From Octopus vulgaris (lineage: Eukaryota): DNA of 64,000 bases. The position numbers and the translations under genes are program-made. Below are positions 13,896-26,627 of this stretch, piece by piece. The notes under the pieces are model-generated. The model was not told the origin of the DNA. It saw only the letters and a program-made list of their open reading frames with translations, and searched no databases. The stretch is from positions 87,916,001-87,980,000 of the forward strand of contig OX597825.1 in NCBI GenBank assembly GCA_951406725.2. The letters run 5' to 3'. How positions within the stretch are numbered: position 1 is the stretch's first letter; the number at the start of each line of letters is the position of its first letter.

Positions 13896-14646
13896 AATAT
13901 ATATACACGACTGGCTTCTTTCAGTTTCCGTCAATCAAATCCACTCACAGGCTTTGGTCGGCCCAAGGCTATAATAGAAGAGACTTGCGCAAAATGCCCC
14001 ATAGCGCACTTGAACTCAGAGACAGGTGGTTGTGAAGAAAACCTCTTACTACTCACGTCTGTGTTTCTGTTGAGCTTTTCCGTACTACGAATACCTTTAA
14101 TGAAAGACTGCGACTGGATCAAAACATTAATTTCTAGAAATTATGCATGAATTATATTGGATGGTTTTGTAAATTTAGGTTTCATTTATTTAAGCTCCCG
14201 GAAGAAAAACACACAAACTTTGCTTTAGGCTGTCACCGATATATCATGTATTTGAAGAGGTGTTCACACACGTACAGACGTTCTCCAGTGCAAACATCAT
14301 CGATTTTATTGATTAAAAAAAAAGTTTAAACAAAAGCTTTTAGAGTTGAATGTGGAAAATAACTTGTGAAAAAGTAGACGACGAAATATTGACTGATAGG
14401 TAGATTTTAATACGAAAACCACCCAATAATAAATATCTCTCTCCTTCCCAAATGGGTTTCGCTCCTTTATCAACAGTCAGTATTTTACAAATAATGGACA
14501 ATTAAACGAATGGGGCAAATTTCAGTATCATTTCTACAGCCCGCATCCTCTTTCTTTTCATCATTATCCTCATCATAATCATCATCATCGAATTCATTCT
14601 GTTCCCTCTCTCCCTCCTCCTTCTCCCTCTCATCATCGTTATGATC

Positions 14647-14678
<32 letters not shown>

Positions 14679-15589
14679 TGGAAACCAAACGTATAACACA
14701 ACGCAAATAAAAATATAACGATCGTCACGTTCCGTCCATCCTTATTCGAAAATAATCGAAACCAAAAAAAAAAAAAGCACAAAAATGCATGACAACAAAA
14801 ACAGGTAAAAATCCAATCATCGATTTCATCTCCAGCCAAAACCAAACAAACATTACTCGTACTCACTTTACTCGTGGTTCAAAATCGTTATTGTACTTTT
14901 GATTCGCCGCTAAGTTGACACAATGGAATCGACGTAGATTTTCCTCGGGTTTGTGTATCAGCGGAATCAGAATTCTTAACTGTTAAGAAGACGTTCGATA
15001 ACATTTTACTTAAAATGTTTAGTAATGTCCAGTTTAATTTATGTTAATTTATTATTTTCCGTAGCCAAGACAATTACATATGTCCTTTATAATAAACAAG
15101 GTCCTCTCTTACAGGAATTTGATGTCCTTTTTTTTAATATCAACTTTAAACTCTGTATTTTGTGATTTTAATGGTCGATTAATACAAACTCAAGTCGATA
15201 TTTATTACAACTTCGGGTGGTTGAAATTCACCGATTATTGATATAAACACAAGTTTTATTTCTTTTAGATTGGTCCATTGGTAGCGCTATATCTAAATGG
15301 TTTTAACTCACAAAAGACAACGGCATAGAAAATAAAATATGTCTTGTGTAGATTCTCTACAGAATGCCAAATCAAAGAAAAAGTAAGATGAGGTGGAGTG
15401 TCAAGAATCCCAGGCGAAATCTGGCTCAACAATCAGCGATAAATGCGGGAAGATTTCTTTAAATGGTTGAGGATCTCTTTATTTATATTAAGGTTTCTAA
15501 TTGAAAAAAAACAACACTGCTTTTTTGGTTTTTGCTGATATATTTTAGGTCAGGATATAAATTCCATTAAAGTAGCAGATTTTAACATA

Positions 15590-17880
15590 ATGCCTCAAAA
15601 TAGAAGTAAATTAGCCTGAATATGGAATTGACTACAAATAAAGTTATCAATAGGACAGCACACTCATGGATACTGAAGTCCCCTGCACACAACCATTGAA
15701 ATATATCAGTCACGGGGTAACGAGACCCAGTGGAGTAGGGCACAATGTCTATAAACGTTGTCTTAGACCCCTCCAATAACTGGAAGATTCTGAATGTGAT
15801 CTAGGGGATAGGAAGTGCTTTCAATCAGTGGATTTATGCTGAGTGTGTTTGGATCCGGAAAGAAGAGAATTCGAAGTGAATCACAACAATTTCAGGTCAT
15901 CTCAAAACACGGAGGGCAAAATAGTTTTCAGTACCTTGGTCCATCGGCGAACAGAGGTCTCCCTAGAGAACAAATATTTTGACATATCGGTACAAAAAAG
16001 AGGTGGGATATTGCTGAAATTCGTGGTTGCCTTGACACGCAGAGGTGGCCACGTAGCTCTTAAGGAAAGCGAAGAATGGTAAGGGAGATCTACTGGCTCT
16101 GGCCGAAACTCACAAATGCCTACGGATGCATGGCACATAAGAGGAGTCCCTTCCAAGATACCACGTCTTCAAGAAGATCTACGACTTCAATATGGATTAA
16201 TATCGCAACCTCCAGATGAGAATTACTTCTGCACCTACAGCATCCGACTGTCACATTTACAAAAACGATATTATACCTGGCTGCACAATCTCTGCAACTC
16301 TTTCCTATTTCACCGTGAACATAGTCGTTAAGTCAGCTGAGGTGGAGTGTCAGGAAGCCCAGGCGAAATCTGGCTCAACAATCAACAATAAATACCTTCA
16401 GAGATAACTATAACTATTAAATATTCTTGGTGACGGACGGATGCTTCAAGGACCCGAACCGACAAGCTCATTCCGTTGGCAAAGATGAAATTCAAACCAT
16501 CGAAACCGGAGTTTTCTGTGCTACAGAAAGGGAGAACGATGGAAAAGCTTTGCGCCACCTTGAGATCTGGCTTTCTCGGTCGCTTAAATGCTGGATATAC
16601 AACCAAGACATACTGCTAGTTCACTATAAGATGAATCAGGTCAATGGAAACACTGGACCTTTCTGTAGGGTCGACCAACACCTTCCGACTCCCACTCAGT
16701 GGTCTTCAAGAGGATTTCATAGTATCCAGAAAGAGTGAGACAATGAAGCACAGAGATTCCACTGACACAAAAGTAGCAGGGCCTAAAACCTACGTTTATG
16801 GTTGTAGGAAGTGGGAGAACTGCAAGATAGTTAAAGATGGCAGAGAAACAGTCGAGGCAGAAGGATTTTATAGGATCTGTGACGATAGGGAGATCAGATT
16901 TGTGCTACATCTCAACCGACCAGATTTGAAGTGCAAAAGGATATGATCAACATTTACTTCAAAAAGAAGTTCGCACAGATGTTATGAGATGCTGATGCTC
17001 AGCCACTAAGGAACCTGAACAATGCCCAGTAATGGAAAATTACGTGGTCAGATATCTGGTAGACTCACATCCAGGCTATCAGATCTCTGCGACAGGCTTT
17101 CTACGACAATTTATCAAGTCAAACAATTCTTCACACTTGGTGCAAGAATGAAGCACTACCTGTGCCTTGCGTGCAGGAAAGGGTCTTTTCAACACCTTCC
17201 CAGCAGCAGCCGCAGAGTCTTAACCGATGGCCAATGGTGCTGGAAGTATGACCACGTGCTCACAGTGGTTGCGGAAGTGATACCAACAGACATTCAGTCC
17301 AGTAAATACCACCCCAGGAAAGAATCCATCACTTTTAACAGAGCTGGAGAAACATCTAATTCACTGACCCTTCAACTATCACGATGCTTCCTTTCCACAC
17401 TCCAAGACAAACTGTTGACAGCGCAGCTCGTGGAATGGTTAAAGTTCCCAGATGAAATCGTACCGACAATATTACGGCCAGACATAATGATCTTCTCAAA
17501 TTCCGACATACAGGTGATTGTGTGGGAACTGACTGGGCCTTGGGAAGAACAAATAGAAAACGCTCATGAGAGAAAGCTTGCAACATGACGAGAATTTATG
17601 GTAGAAAACGCATAAATTTGGCGAGGCAGGAATATTGCGAGTAACATAAAATGGGCCGGCAAGTGTGTTTGTGCGTGTGTTGGGGTGTGGTGGGGGCGCA
17701 TCCTGCAAATTTCTGATAAGGCTTGAAGTTTCTGGTGCAGCAAAAACGAGGAGTATAAAGTCCATCATTGAAGCTGCAGAGAAATCCATTCGGCGAGTTT
17801 GGATAATGAGGGCAGACCAGGAGGTTTACCGCTTGTGGGTTGGAAGCTGGGTTTTGATGAACCCCGGTTGCGTCGACAGC
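15590..17880 (+). mobile_element. HERO-clade (RLE-type) non-LTR retrotransposon, 5'-truncated and decayed
   Basis: RT motifs PSGVGHNVYKRC, QWIYAECVWIRKEENS, NTEGKIVFS..DISVQKRGG, LTNAYG and IIPGCTISA..VVKSAEVEC. C-terminal restriction-like endonuclease RPDIMIFS..VIVWELTGPWEEQIENAHERK, then AAEKSIRRVWIMR. Confidence 0.88.
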
Positions 17881-18546
17881 TAGTTACTTCTCAGTGTCAG
17901 ATTACATAGACATCATTTACTTTCAGTTTGCCAAATAATTTCTCAATTCAGAATAAATGTAATTGAAACATCTTGCCAGTCTGTATGATATGACAAATTT
18001 GATATTTGTTTCTAGGCATTTGAAACGATCTTTGCTTTTAATAGATGATATTACTTTCACGTTAATTTACATTTTATTATTGTATTCTGTGCTGACCTAA
18101 GGACGAAAAGGCATTATTATGCTGAGGTATCAATGTTAGCTTCGAATGAAGGTATTATAGAAGAAATGTATCTAAAGGATCGTTGCTGAGTTACAAAGAT
18201 TTAATACTCTACATATATTCTCGCATAAAAAAAGAAAGAGATGAAAGAGTTATATATTTCTCCCCCAAAAAATATTGGGATATAATAAACCATTTCTTAT
18301 ACGAAATCTCAACTTTACCAGGAATTACCTGAATTTACCTGCTTCAGTCGTCATAGATCGATGGAATCCCTGACTTCAGAAGAGATGTGGGTTCATCAAT
18401 AAAACTTGATTGTCCATTCCTTTGTTGCTATCGGATTGCATAATTGTTTTATATTTCAATGTAGAAAATATTAAATCATAACTGCTTAGAGATAAACACT
18501 TTGTCACCGGAAATGTTGAGTTTTATAATATTGTGTATTTGTGCAT

Positions 18547-18548
<2 letters not shown>

Positions 18549-18602
<54 letters not shown>

Positions 18603-18713
18603 CACAGATACTGTATGAGAGAGGTAGAAAAGAGAAAGAATGAGACAGAGAGAAACAGGGGAAAAAAACAGCTAAAGCTAGAAAGAAACAGAGAGATAGG
18701 AAGTGGAGAGAGA

Positions 18714-18757
<44 letters not shown>
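18549..18757. repeat. (GA)n purine-rich microsatellite cluster
   Basis: Direct reading. Confidence 0.97.
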
Positions 18758-18760
<3 letters not shown>

Positions 18761-19205
18761 GCATATAACATGGAGGAGCAAATCAATTTCCGCAGTTTAT
18801 TCAACGCAATAAATTGGAGGATAACCCGGCTCTGCAATATTTAAATACAAATTTAAGCAACTGCTGAATTATTCTTCTGTTTGGAAATTTAATTGGCTGC
18901 TTTGAAAACGGAGTGCAAATGCTACTTTGCCAACCACCGATCTTGGAGCTGTTTATTCAGCTGCTATTTATGATGTATCTCTTCCCATCTTTTTATTGAA
19001 ATATTAATTTTTCAAAAGGATGATATATAATTTAGTATTTGACATATTTAGTAGCTGAGTTTAAGCATCATAGCTATAGGCCAGCGATATCGTTCGCGTT
19101 ATTGTTGTTACAAAACATTTATATCAGACCATTTCTACCCTCCAGTTCCAGATGGTCTAAATACAGCCATTGGTGTCGCAGCTGTTCTTCTGACCAAGTC
19201 ACGCA

Positions 19206-19239
<34 letters not shown>

Positions 19240-19489
19240 ACTCGCCTCTCCTAACGGTGAAATTTGTGCATACATAAGTTTTTGCAATCATTAGAAAAGA
19301 AATACATCAATGTATTTCCTCAATAAAACTTATGTATTCCCATCGTTTAACACTAATATTAATGCCGTAGACAAATATATGTGAATCTGCCATCTTATCG
19401 AGCTGATATAATTACTGCTAAAGAGTATTTCTTCTGAAATATACTTATTTTATTAGAAAAAGAATTGGGTGTCGCAATGAGAGCAGAGC

Positions 19490-19720
19490 CAGGGGTTCGT
19501 TCACGGCAGCGATGACAGCAAAAGAGACGATTAGGAGAGAAATTCTTGTTGTGCTGTTTGCCTTACCTCCGAGGGCCTGAGGCTACTATATTAGAGGTAG
19601 AAGAGGTTGAGAGAGGAAGCATCTCACCTATGTATCAGATGCTGAACTGTCTCTGCTAGTGACCCTATTCTAATCATTCAAGTGGTTCTTTTCTGGATGG
19701 AGTCCAACATTATTTTATGT
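19490..19720 (-). mobile_element. Old CR1/L2-group LINE fragment (post-RT region)
   Basis: Minus translation LDSIQKRTT*MIRIGSLAETVQHLIHR*DASSLNLFY resembles the LDxVQKRAxRLI...LQPLxHRRDVASLxLFY motif. Confidence 0.6.
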
Positions 19721-20488
19721 GTAGTAGCAGTAGTTCCGATGTGAGAACAAACCTGAGTGAATTATATCTCACTGAGAATGTTTAGGAAGGAATTATAAAT
19801 TGTTCAGAACTATGTCATAAAGCGAACTGTTGAAATATAGCCGCGATATCAAGTTTCCGATTTAGCATATTAAAGAAGGGGGATATCTTATTATTTTAGA
19901 GTCCCTTATGACAGTTATTTGTTCATTGATAATTCACTTCATCAGATGTCAAAACAGCAGCACACCTTTTGATCGATTAATAAATAGAAAATGGTCACGT
20001 GTTGTTTTATATAAAGCCCAGCAGTAAAGAAAGCATAGGAAGACGATTAAATTTATGTCGAACTACAATATTATATTATTTGGGAAGGTGAATAGTTCAA
20101 AGCCTTAGAAATATAGGGACATTATATATGTGGCAATGGCATTTTCAAGAATTAAACCGTTAAATAAATAAAACTAATTTATATATAATTGCAAACTACT
20201 CGGTGTTCGAACACTATTTTAAGGTACCGAAATAAGACATAAAAAGAAAAATCTCTGATAAAACTGATGACATAAACAAATGTATTTAAGATTTCTCTAC
20301 AGAAAAAAATAATTGAAGTAACATTTTATGTTTTTCGGCAATTTGGAGGTAGCTGACTATCTCTGTATGTTTAGATTGACACCCTCTCAGCAAACTCGAG
20401 TTTTATTATTGTACTGGGACCATGCAGAAAGGTAAATAAAGTCAAAATGTTTTTGGAAGGAAATGCTACTCTAATAAGCTTAATTGAC

Positions 20489-20706
20489 AAGGCGGCGAGC
20501 TGGCAGAAACGTTAGCATGTCGGGCGAATTGCGTAGCCGTATTTCGTCTGTCTTTACGTTCCAAGTTCAAATTCCGCCGAGGTCGACTTTGCTTTTCATC
20601 CTTTCGGGGTCGATAAAATAAGTACCAGTTGCGTACTCGGGTTGATCTAATCGAACGGCCTTCTCCCCATAAGTTTCGGGCCTTGTGCTTAGAGTAGAAA
20701 AGAATA
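20489..20706 (+). mobile_element. tRNA-derived SINE family M, near full length
   Basis: A box tggcagaaacgttagc, B box agttcaaattcc, core gcttttcatcctttcggggtcgataaaataagtaccag, and tail gggccttgtgcttagagtagaaaagaat. Confidence 0.92.
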
Positions 20707-20968
20707 AGCATAAATGTTTTTCACCAGATGAACATTGAGAAGAAAGAACAAGTAAAGAAAAAGATTAGCCGTCTGAGTGAGAAATCAGAAATATGGTTCA
20801 CCTGTGGAAATCGAAATATTGTGCACCACAAACACTTACAAAGGTAAGAAGGAAATGGTTTTTCACGCGATTCATAATGGTGTAACCTTTTCCTTTACTT
20901 CTTGTCGTCTTCACTTCTTCTTTTCCAAATTTGTCCATATTTCTCCCGCTAGTTGTATTTCTCTCTCG

Positions 20969-21010
<42 letters not shown>

Positions 21011-21863
21011 CTGTGTGTAGAGAGAGAGATATGTACACGTACACATGTATATATAGAGAGAAAGATTGGGAGAGAAGTTGGTAAAGAGGGACGTTGTAGG
21101 TTATTGGAGCAGAATAGGTTAGGAAGATTATTAGATAAAGCGAGATGAATTAGTGGATTGGCTTACCATTGGGACGTTATAAGGTGTTCAGATAATCTAT
21201 TTCAACCATTTATCCGACGAATCTCTTCTAGCCCGAAATGAAATTATTTGAAATAATTTATCGAATTCTCCCGGCTACGGTTGGCTTTACATTGTTAGCT
21301 CTGTTTAAATCTTATCTGCCATTCTACTGAAATCTATCAGAGAGACAGGTTCAGTGGGATATTTCAGAAATTATCTTCGTAGTCTTCAATGCGATGAAGT
21401 GAAGATGAGCAGTTCCCTGTCAGCAATCTAATATTATAAAGCCACGGTTATTTACGATAATTATACATTATACGATAACATAGCTTCCGAAATGTACTAA
21501 TACAAATACAAGACTACAAGAAATAGATAAATATGTTTACATACAAATCATTCAGAGTATAAAACGTAATCAGATTAAAATATACCCCGGATCGCTTTTA
21601 GTTTCGTTCAGCGTTAGGCTTTCTGTGCGGGTTGATTGTTCTTCTCGTTTACCATCTACACGCAAGACGTCGTCACAAATAAATTTATAATGGGGTACTC
21701 TGCAGGAGAGATAATGAAACAAATGCAACTATTTAAAGTGGAATAAAGGCCGATTTCATTGATCCAGTGGTCACTTCATAACAAATTTTCTAAGTCGCTG
21801 CGTGCATATGTGTACCCATAGCGATGTACTCTCTGTAGAATTACATATATATATATATGTATA

Positions 21864-21942
<79 letters not shown>

Positions 21943-21959
21943 ATATTTATATATAATCA

Positions 21960-22194
21960 TTATAGATATAGGGTGAAATATAATTAATTTAATAAAATCA
22001 ACAAATTTCACCTAGTAGTATTTCGGTATGGAAAAGGACCATATTCGGTAAAAACTTATATAATTATATATAATTATAACAATAAGGGTTATTTGCAACA
22101 AGTTACTTAACCACATACCGGAAATTCTAGAAAATGTTCGGTATGTGGTTAAGTAACTTGTTGCAAATAACCCTTATTGTTATAATTATATATA
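21960..22194. mobile_element. Repeat fragment ending in a perfect 56 bp inverted repeat, within (TA)n
   Basis: 22065-22120 is the exact reverse complement of 22139-22194, with an 18 nt spacer. Confidence 0.85.
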
Positions 22195-22250
22195 TATATA
22201 TATGTGTGTATGTGTATGTATATATAATGATATATATATGAATATATAAT

Positions 22251-22288
<38 letters not shown>

Positions 22289-22504
22289 ATTTAAAAGGGT
22301 TTGATTCGACTTCATGACAGTTAATGTTTCGCGGGCTTCTAACAGAAATCCGTCTCATTCATGTTTAGATTACAGAATGGAATCAGGTGTGGTAGCATGG
22401 GGAGAGGAAAAAAAGAGGCATACACACGTAAATGTATTTATGTATGAAGGAATGTACATGCGTGCTTGGCTGGGAGAACATATATGGATGTTTTTGTCTG
22501 ATGC

Positions 22505-22552
<48 letters not shown>

Positions 22553-22569
22553 ATCTTTATGCATGTGCT

Positions 22570-22713
22570 CGTATGTCTGGCTGGGTGGTAAGAATGTAGC
22601 TTTCCAACTACATATTTCCTGGTTCAGTCCCTCTGTGTGGCACTTTGGGTAAGTGTCTTTTATTATAGCCTAGGATTTGGCAGACGGAAATTGAAAGCCA
22701 CCCGTCGTATATA

Positions 22714-22760
<47 letters not shown>
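22570..22760 (+). mobile_element. SINE family O, 5' half
   Basis: ggttcagtccctctgtgtggcactttgggtaagtgtctt...gatttggcagacggaaattgaaagccacccgtcgtata followed by (TG)n. Confidence 0.8.
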
Positions 22761-25167
22761 TGTGTTTGTGTGTATGTTTGCATGTATGTAAGGAGCTGTC
22801 ATCTCACGTAATCCGAACATTCGAGTATTTTGTTGAACACATTTCCTTTAACACACTCTGCATATTTTTAAAACTAACCTCAAACTGAATTAATATAATT
22901 TTGCTGCAAATGAGATCTTCGTATTCTAATTAAATGATGTTTTCAAACCTTGATTTCGATACTTCTTTCAAACAAGAAAGAAATTAATGTTTAATTATTA
23001 CTTGTACTACACCTTCGACGCGTGATAAGCCATCATTCCGTGAGTTTAAGACAATGGACAGTCTTTCTTAAAACAAAAAAATCTAACCGTTGCTACAATA
23101 AATAATTTTCACGTCAAGACGGTTTGTTTACTTATCGTTCTGGAAGCTTCTTTGGTGTTTTCATTCGTCAGTGAACATGTGACCCAGTACTCCATAGGTC
23201 GATATAGTCTCGACTAGAAATGAAGATTTTCACCTCCACAGCGAAAACCTGATGCAAAATCTCTACATACACAAAAAGTAAATGCAAGTGTAGAATACTT
23301 GCATTTACTTTTTTTGTTATTTGCTTTATATAAATCTAATTGTCTCTGAAGTTACTCGGAACCTAACTTCATTCATTCTTTTCCGTTGAATTATAACCCA
23401 AACTCAACTCATGAAATCGATTCTCATTCAAAAACAAAGTAAAACTCAAAACGCTTTTCTCTTAAACTATTTTACGTCTCCGAGACTATTTTTTTAAAAT
23501 TAATTTTGCCTCGTTTTTTTTTTTTTTAGTTTTTTTATTCAACTTTGATTTCAGATGACTTTCATTTGCAACTGAAACTTTATTTTATTATTTTTTCATT
23601 CCTTTGTATGTTTCAACCCTAGGGCTGCGGCCATGCTGGGGCAGTGCTTCCTTATATCATGTTTACATATATCAATAGTGAACTGCACACTCGTACACAA
23701 GATCACAATCAATTATTACGACACATTATATGTATGTTTACCCCAGTGGCTACCCATATTCTACTAAACTTCGTAAACAAGCAACAGGCACGTGGTAAAT
23801 TGCCTCCTGCTAGTGCAATCATCTCATTACCCTGATGTTGTGTCTCCCCAACGACAACCAGAGTTTGCAGACTCTACTCCCGTCACGAGAAAAACATAAC
23901 ATTTTGAATCATTTTACATTTATCAAATTTTTATGTCACTTTATTTTTTCAAACTTCTGGCTCATCTATTTAAATATCCAGACATCGTTAATATCATTAA
24001 TTGAAATATATGAAGCCAACAAAATGAAACCGTTAATCATTATTACAAAAATCATTAAGAAACCACATTCATCTGTTTCCCTTCCGAAGTTTTCGAACTC
24101 CACTTAATTACCTTTTAAATATGAAGGTTCTCTTTTGTTTGTTCTTTCTAAATTCCTCCTGTAAATTCGAAGATATATTAAACAACAAATATTCTGCAGG
24201 GAATTAAAAATTCGATGACTTGTTAGGCCTCAGCTATTACTGCAATTATTATTTAAGCTTAGCATGATGTCAACTGTTCCCGTATTGCCACAGCTTGATT
24301 CTCTCCCTCTTAAGAAGTGAGGAAAAGTAGAATGTTAGTTAAAATTACATCCACGTCTTGTAATCATTTGGCCTACTTTGATGAGAAGCACCCGAAAATA
24401 CTCCATGAGTATACTCATTATGTATCTCAAAGGAGTAGGTAAATTATATGATTTTTGTTCCTGGTCGGGAGTAGCGCCGAACACGCGTTGGCAGACATCT
24501 AATGTTGTATTAATATCATACTTACGTTGAATCAATCTGTTATCGACGACATTTTCCCTTTATATTACCTCATAACATTATAGAAACCAACGAATCTTAA
24601 TGCTTTGCTGAACAAATGATCGCATACACTTTCTTTAAATAACATATGTATGCTTTATTCATTTGTTGTGACTGACGTATATAAACTTGTCACGTCTATA
24701 AACGTTACACACTCTTGTCAACATGTTGCGTAAAACACATATCCTTTCGTCACACCCATACACAACCTGATGTCTCGTATATAGGAACAAACATTAAAAA
24801 CATTAAAATATAGGAACAAACAAAATAAGAAAAGCAAAAAACAACGCTTGCCTAAAAGATAAAACACACAATCGATAAGCTTAGTCAGTGATAAACAACA
24901 CTGACAAAAAAAAAAAACAAAAAAAAATTAAAAAATAATAATAGGTTTATCTTTGATAAATTCTATCTGATGGTGTTCTGGGTGTTCTGTATGTAGCCAG
25001 TTTAATATTTCTTCTAAGATGGTGGCTACGCTGATAAACTTGCAGTAGAACTTTCGCGTTTGTTATTATAATTGAGTATAAATTCCTTAATCATTTACAA
25101 AATAGACTAACACATGGAAGCGATAATTCCTCGAAAACTGTATATACACGGTGGATGCACATATATA

Positions 25168-25318
25168 GGCACAGGAATGGCTCCGTGGTAATTAGCTTGC
25201 TTATCAACCACATGTTTCCGGGTTCAGTCCCACTTCGTGGCATTTCAGGCAAGTGTCTTCTACTATAGCCTCGGGCCAACCAAAGCCTTGTGAGTGAATT
25301 TGGTACAGGGAAATTGTA
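25168..25318 (+). mobile_element. SINE family O, 5' half
   Basis: ggcacaggaatggctccgtggtaa...ccgggttcagtccc...gccttgtgagtgaatttggta. Confidence 0.88.
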
Positions 25319-25341
25319 TATATATATATACACACACACAC

Positions 25342-25426
<85 letters not shown>

Positions 25427-25429
<3 letters not shown>

Positions 25430-25580
25430 ACAAAAAAAACAACAAAAAACGAAGATAGGTGGTGTAGACAACAAACAGATGTATTAGTATAACGTTCGGG
25501 AAGTGTAAATGTCTTTAAAGTTTCGAGCCTACGCTCTTCCACAGGAAGGAACACAGGAAGAAACAAGGAGAGCAAATAGA

Positions 25581-25583
<3 letters not shown>
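25427..25583 (-). mobile_element. Penelope-like pLTR unit with variant hammerhead (family P1)
   Basis: Minus strand reads CTGtgGA a gagc gtag gctc GAAAc ttt aaag. It is an inverted homologue of 25667-25835. Confidence 0.7.
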
Positions 25584-25617
<34 letters not shown>

Positions 25618-25666
25618 TATACATGCATACATACATACATACACATATATATATATATATGTACAT

Positions 25667-25835
25667 AGAGAGTTTTTTTTATCTCTCCTTGTTTTTTTCT
25701 GTGTATCTTTCTGTCGAAGAGCGTAGGCTCGAAACGTAAAATACTTTGTCTATTCCTGAGCGCTATACTAATACATTTGTTTGTTTGTACTCCACCTGCC
25801 TTCATCTTTTGTTTATATTTGTAAACTTTCCCCTT
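25667..25835 (+). mobile_element. Penelope-like pLTR unit with variant hammerhead (family P1)
   Basis: cttt CTGtcGA a gagc gtag gctc GAAAc gta aaa at ~25707-25741. A 3' fragment of the same family lies at 52341-52393. Confidence 0.7.
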
Positions 25836-25900
25836 ATATATATATACATCTCTCTCTCTCTCTATGTATATATATGTATGTTTGTATGTATGTATATGTA

Positions 25901-25967
<67 letters not shown>

Positions 25968-25971
<4 letters not shown>

Positions 25972-26172
25972 GTGACCGCGTGTGTACCGTTGACGACTTT
26001 TTTCCTCCATCTTCCCTTCCTTGGATCTTTGCTTTTCCTATGTTTCTGACGAAGAGCTCCGCTCGAAACGTTAACTCCTCCTTCTTTCTTTCCTTTCCTG
26101 AGCGTCCAATAACACTATACTTGTTCCACATCCTCGCGTTGTTGTGTTTTCTCTTTGTGTTTCCATGTTTAG

Positions 26173-26180
<8 letters not shown>
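25968..26180 (+). mobile_element. Penelope-like pLTR unit (family P2)
   Basis: It contains the hammerhead at 26042-26075 and shares the downstream ttcctgagcg..aata motif with P1. Both sides are bounded by (TA)n. Confidence 0.7.
26042..26075 (+). ncRNA. Minimal type I hammerhead ribozyme motif with intact core
   Basis: CTGACGA (26046-52), A, GAGC-tcc-GCTC stem II, GAAA (26065-68), CGTT with palindromic ACGT stem III. Stem I is weak (tt/aa). Confidence 0.7.
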
Positions 26181-26207
<27 letters not shown>

Positions 26208-26627
26208 CACTCCGGGGATTTTCACCAGAGCCCTGTCTGCCGGGTTGTGGCCCTAATACCACTCGGTGTCAGACCAATCCGCCTTGGGTGGCCCTACCAG
26301 GAACCGAAGTTCCCGACGGCATAGCCCTGATACTACCCGTTGCCAGCGTCCCCGCCACGGTGAGGGAGGGATGGACTTTAGGGACGCAAAGCAGACACTC
26401 CTCCGAGTGTCTGCTTCGGCAACTGGCGGCTCCTCGGTCATTCTGCCCATGCGTCTACGAACAATCTGCGGCAAACAGGATGTCTCTACATGCGGGATTT
26501 TTGGGGATCGCTTGTGAAATCCACATATTCCCACGAAACTTCTTCCATGAATTGTCAATGGCGAATAGAATGCCTCGAGGGTGGTGGAAGAAGCCGACTC
26601 AACTCGCCCAGGGTGAATGACGCCACA
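26208..26627 (-). mobile_element. GC-rich structured insertion resembling an RTE-clade LINE 5' UTR
   Basis: Minus strand gctatgccgtcgggaacttcggttcctggtagggccacccaaggcgg resembles the conserved RTE/BovB 5' UTR motif (recognised from memory). It contains perfect hairpins and lies inside (TA)n. Confidence 0.55.

Larger units (their letters stand above)
13235..14065 (-). mobile_element. tRNA-derived SINE family O, split by nested insertions in its internal microsatellite
   Basis: The 3' part at 13235-13440 matches 36808-37010. The 5' part at 13905-14065 (aaatccactcacaggctttggtcggcccaaggctata) matches 25168-25318 and 37340-37480. Confidence 0.8.
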
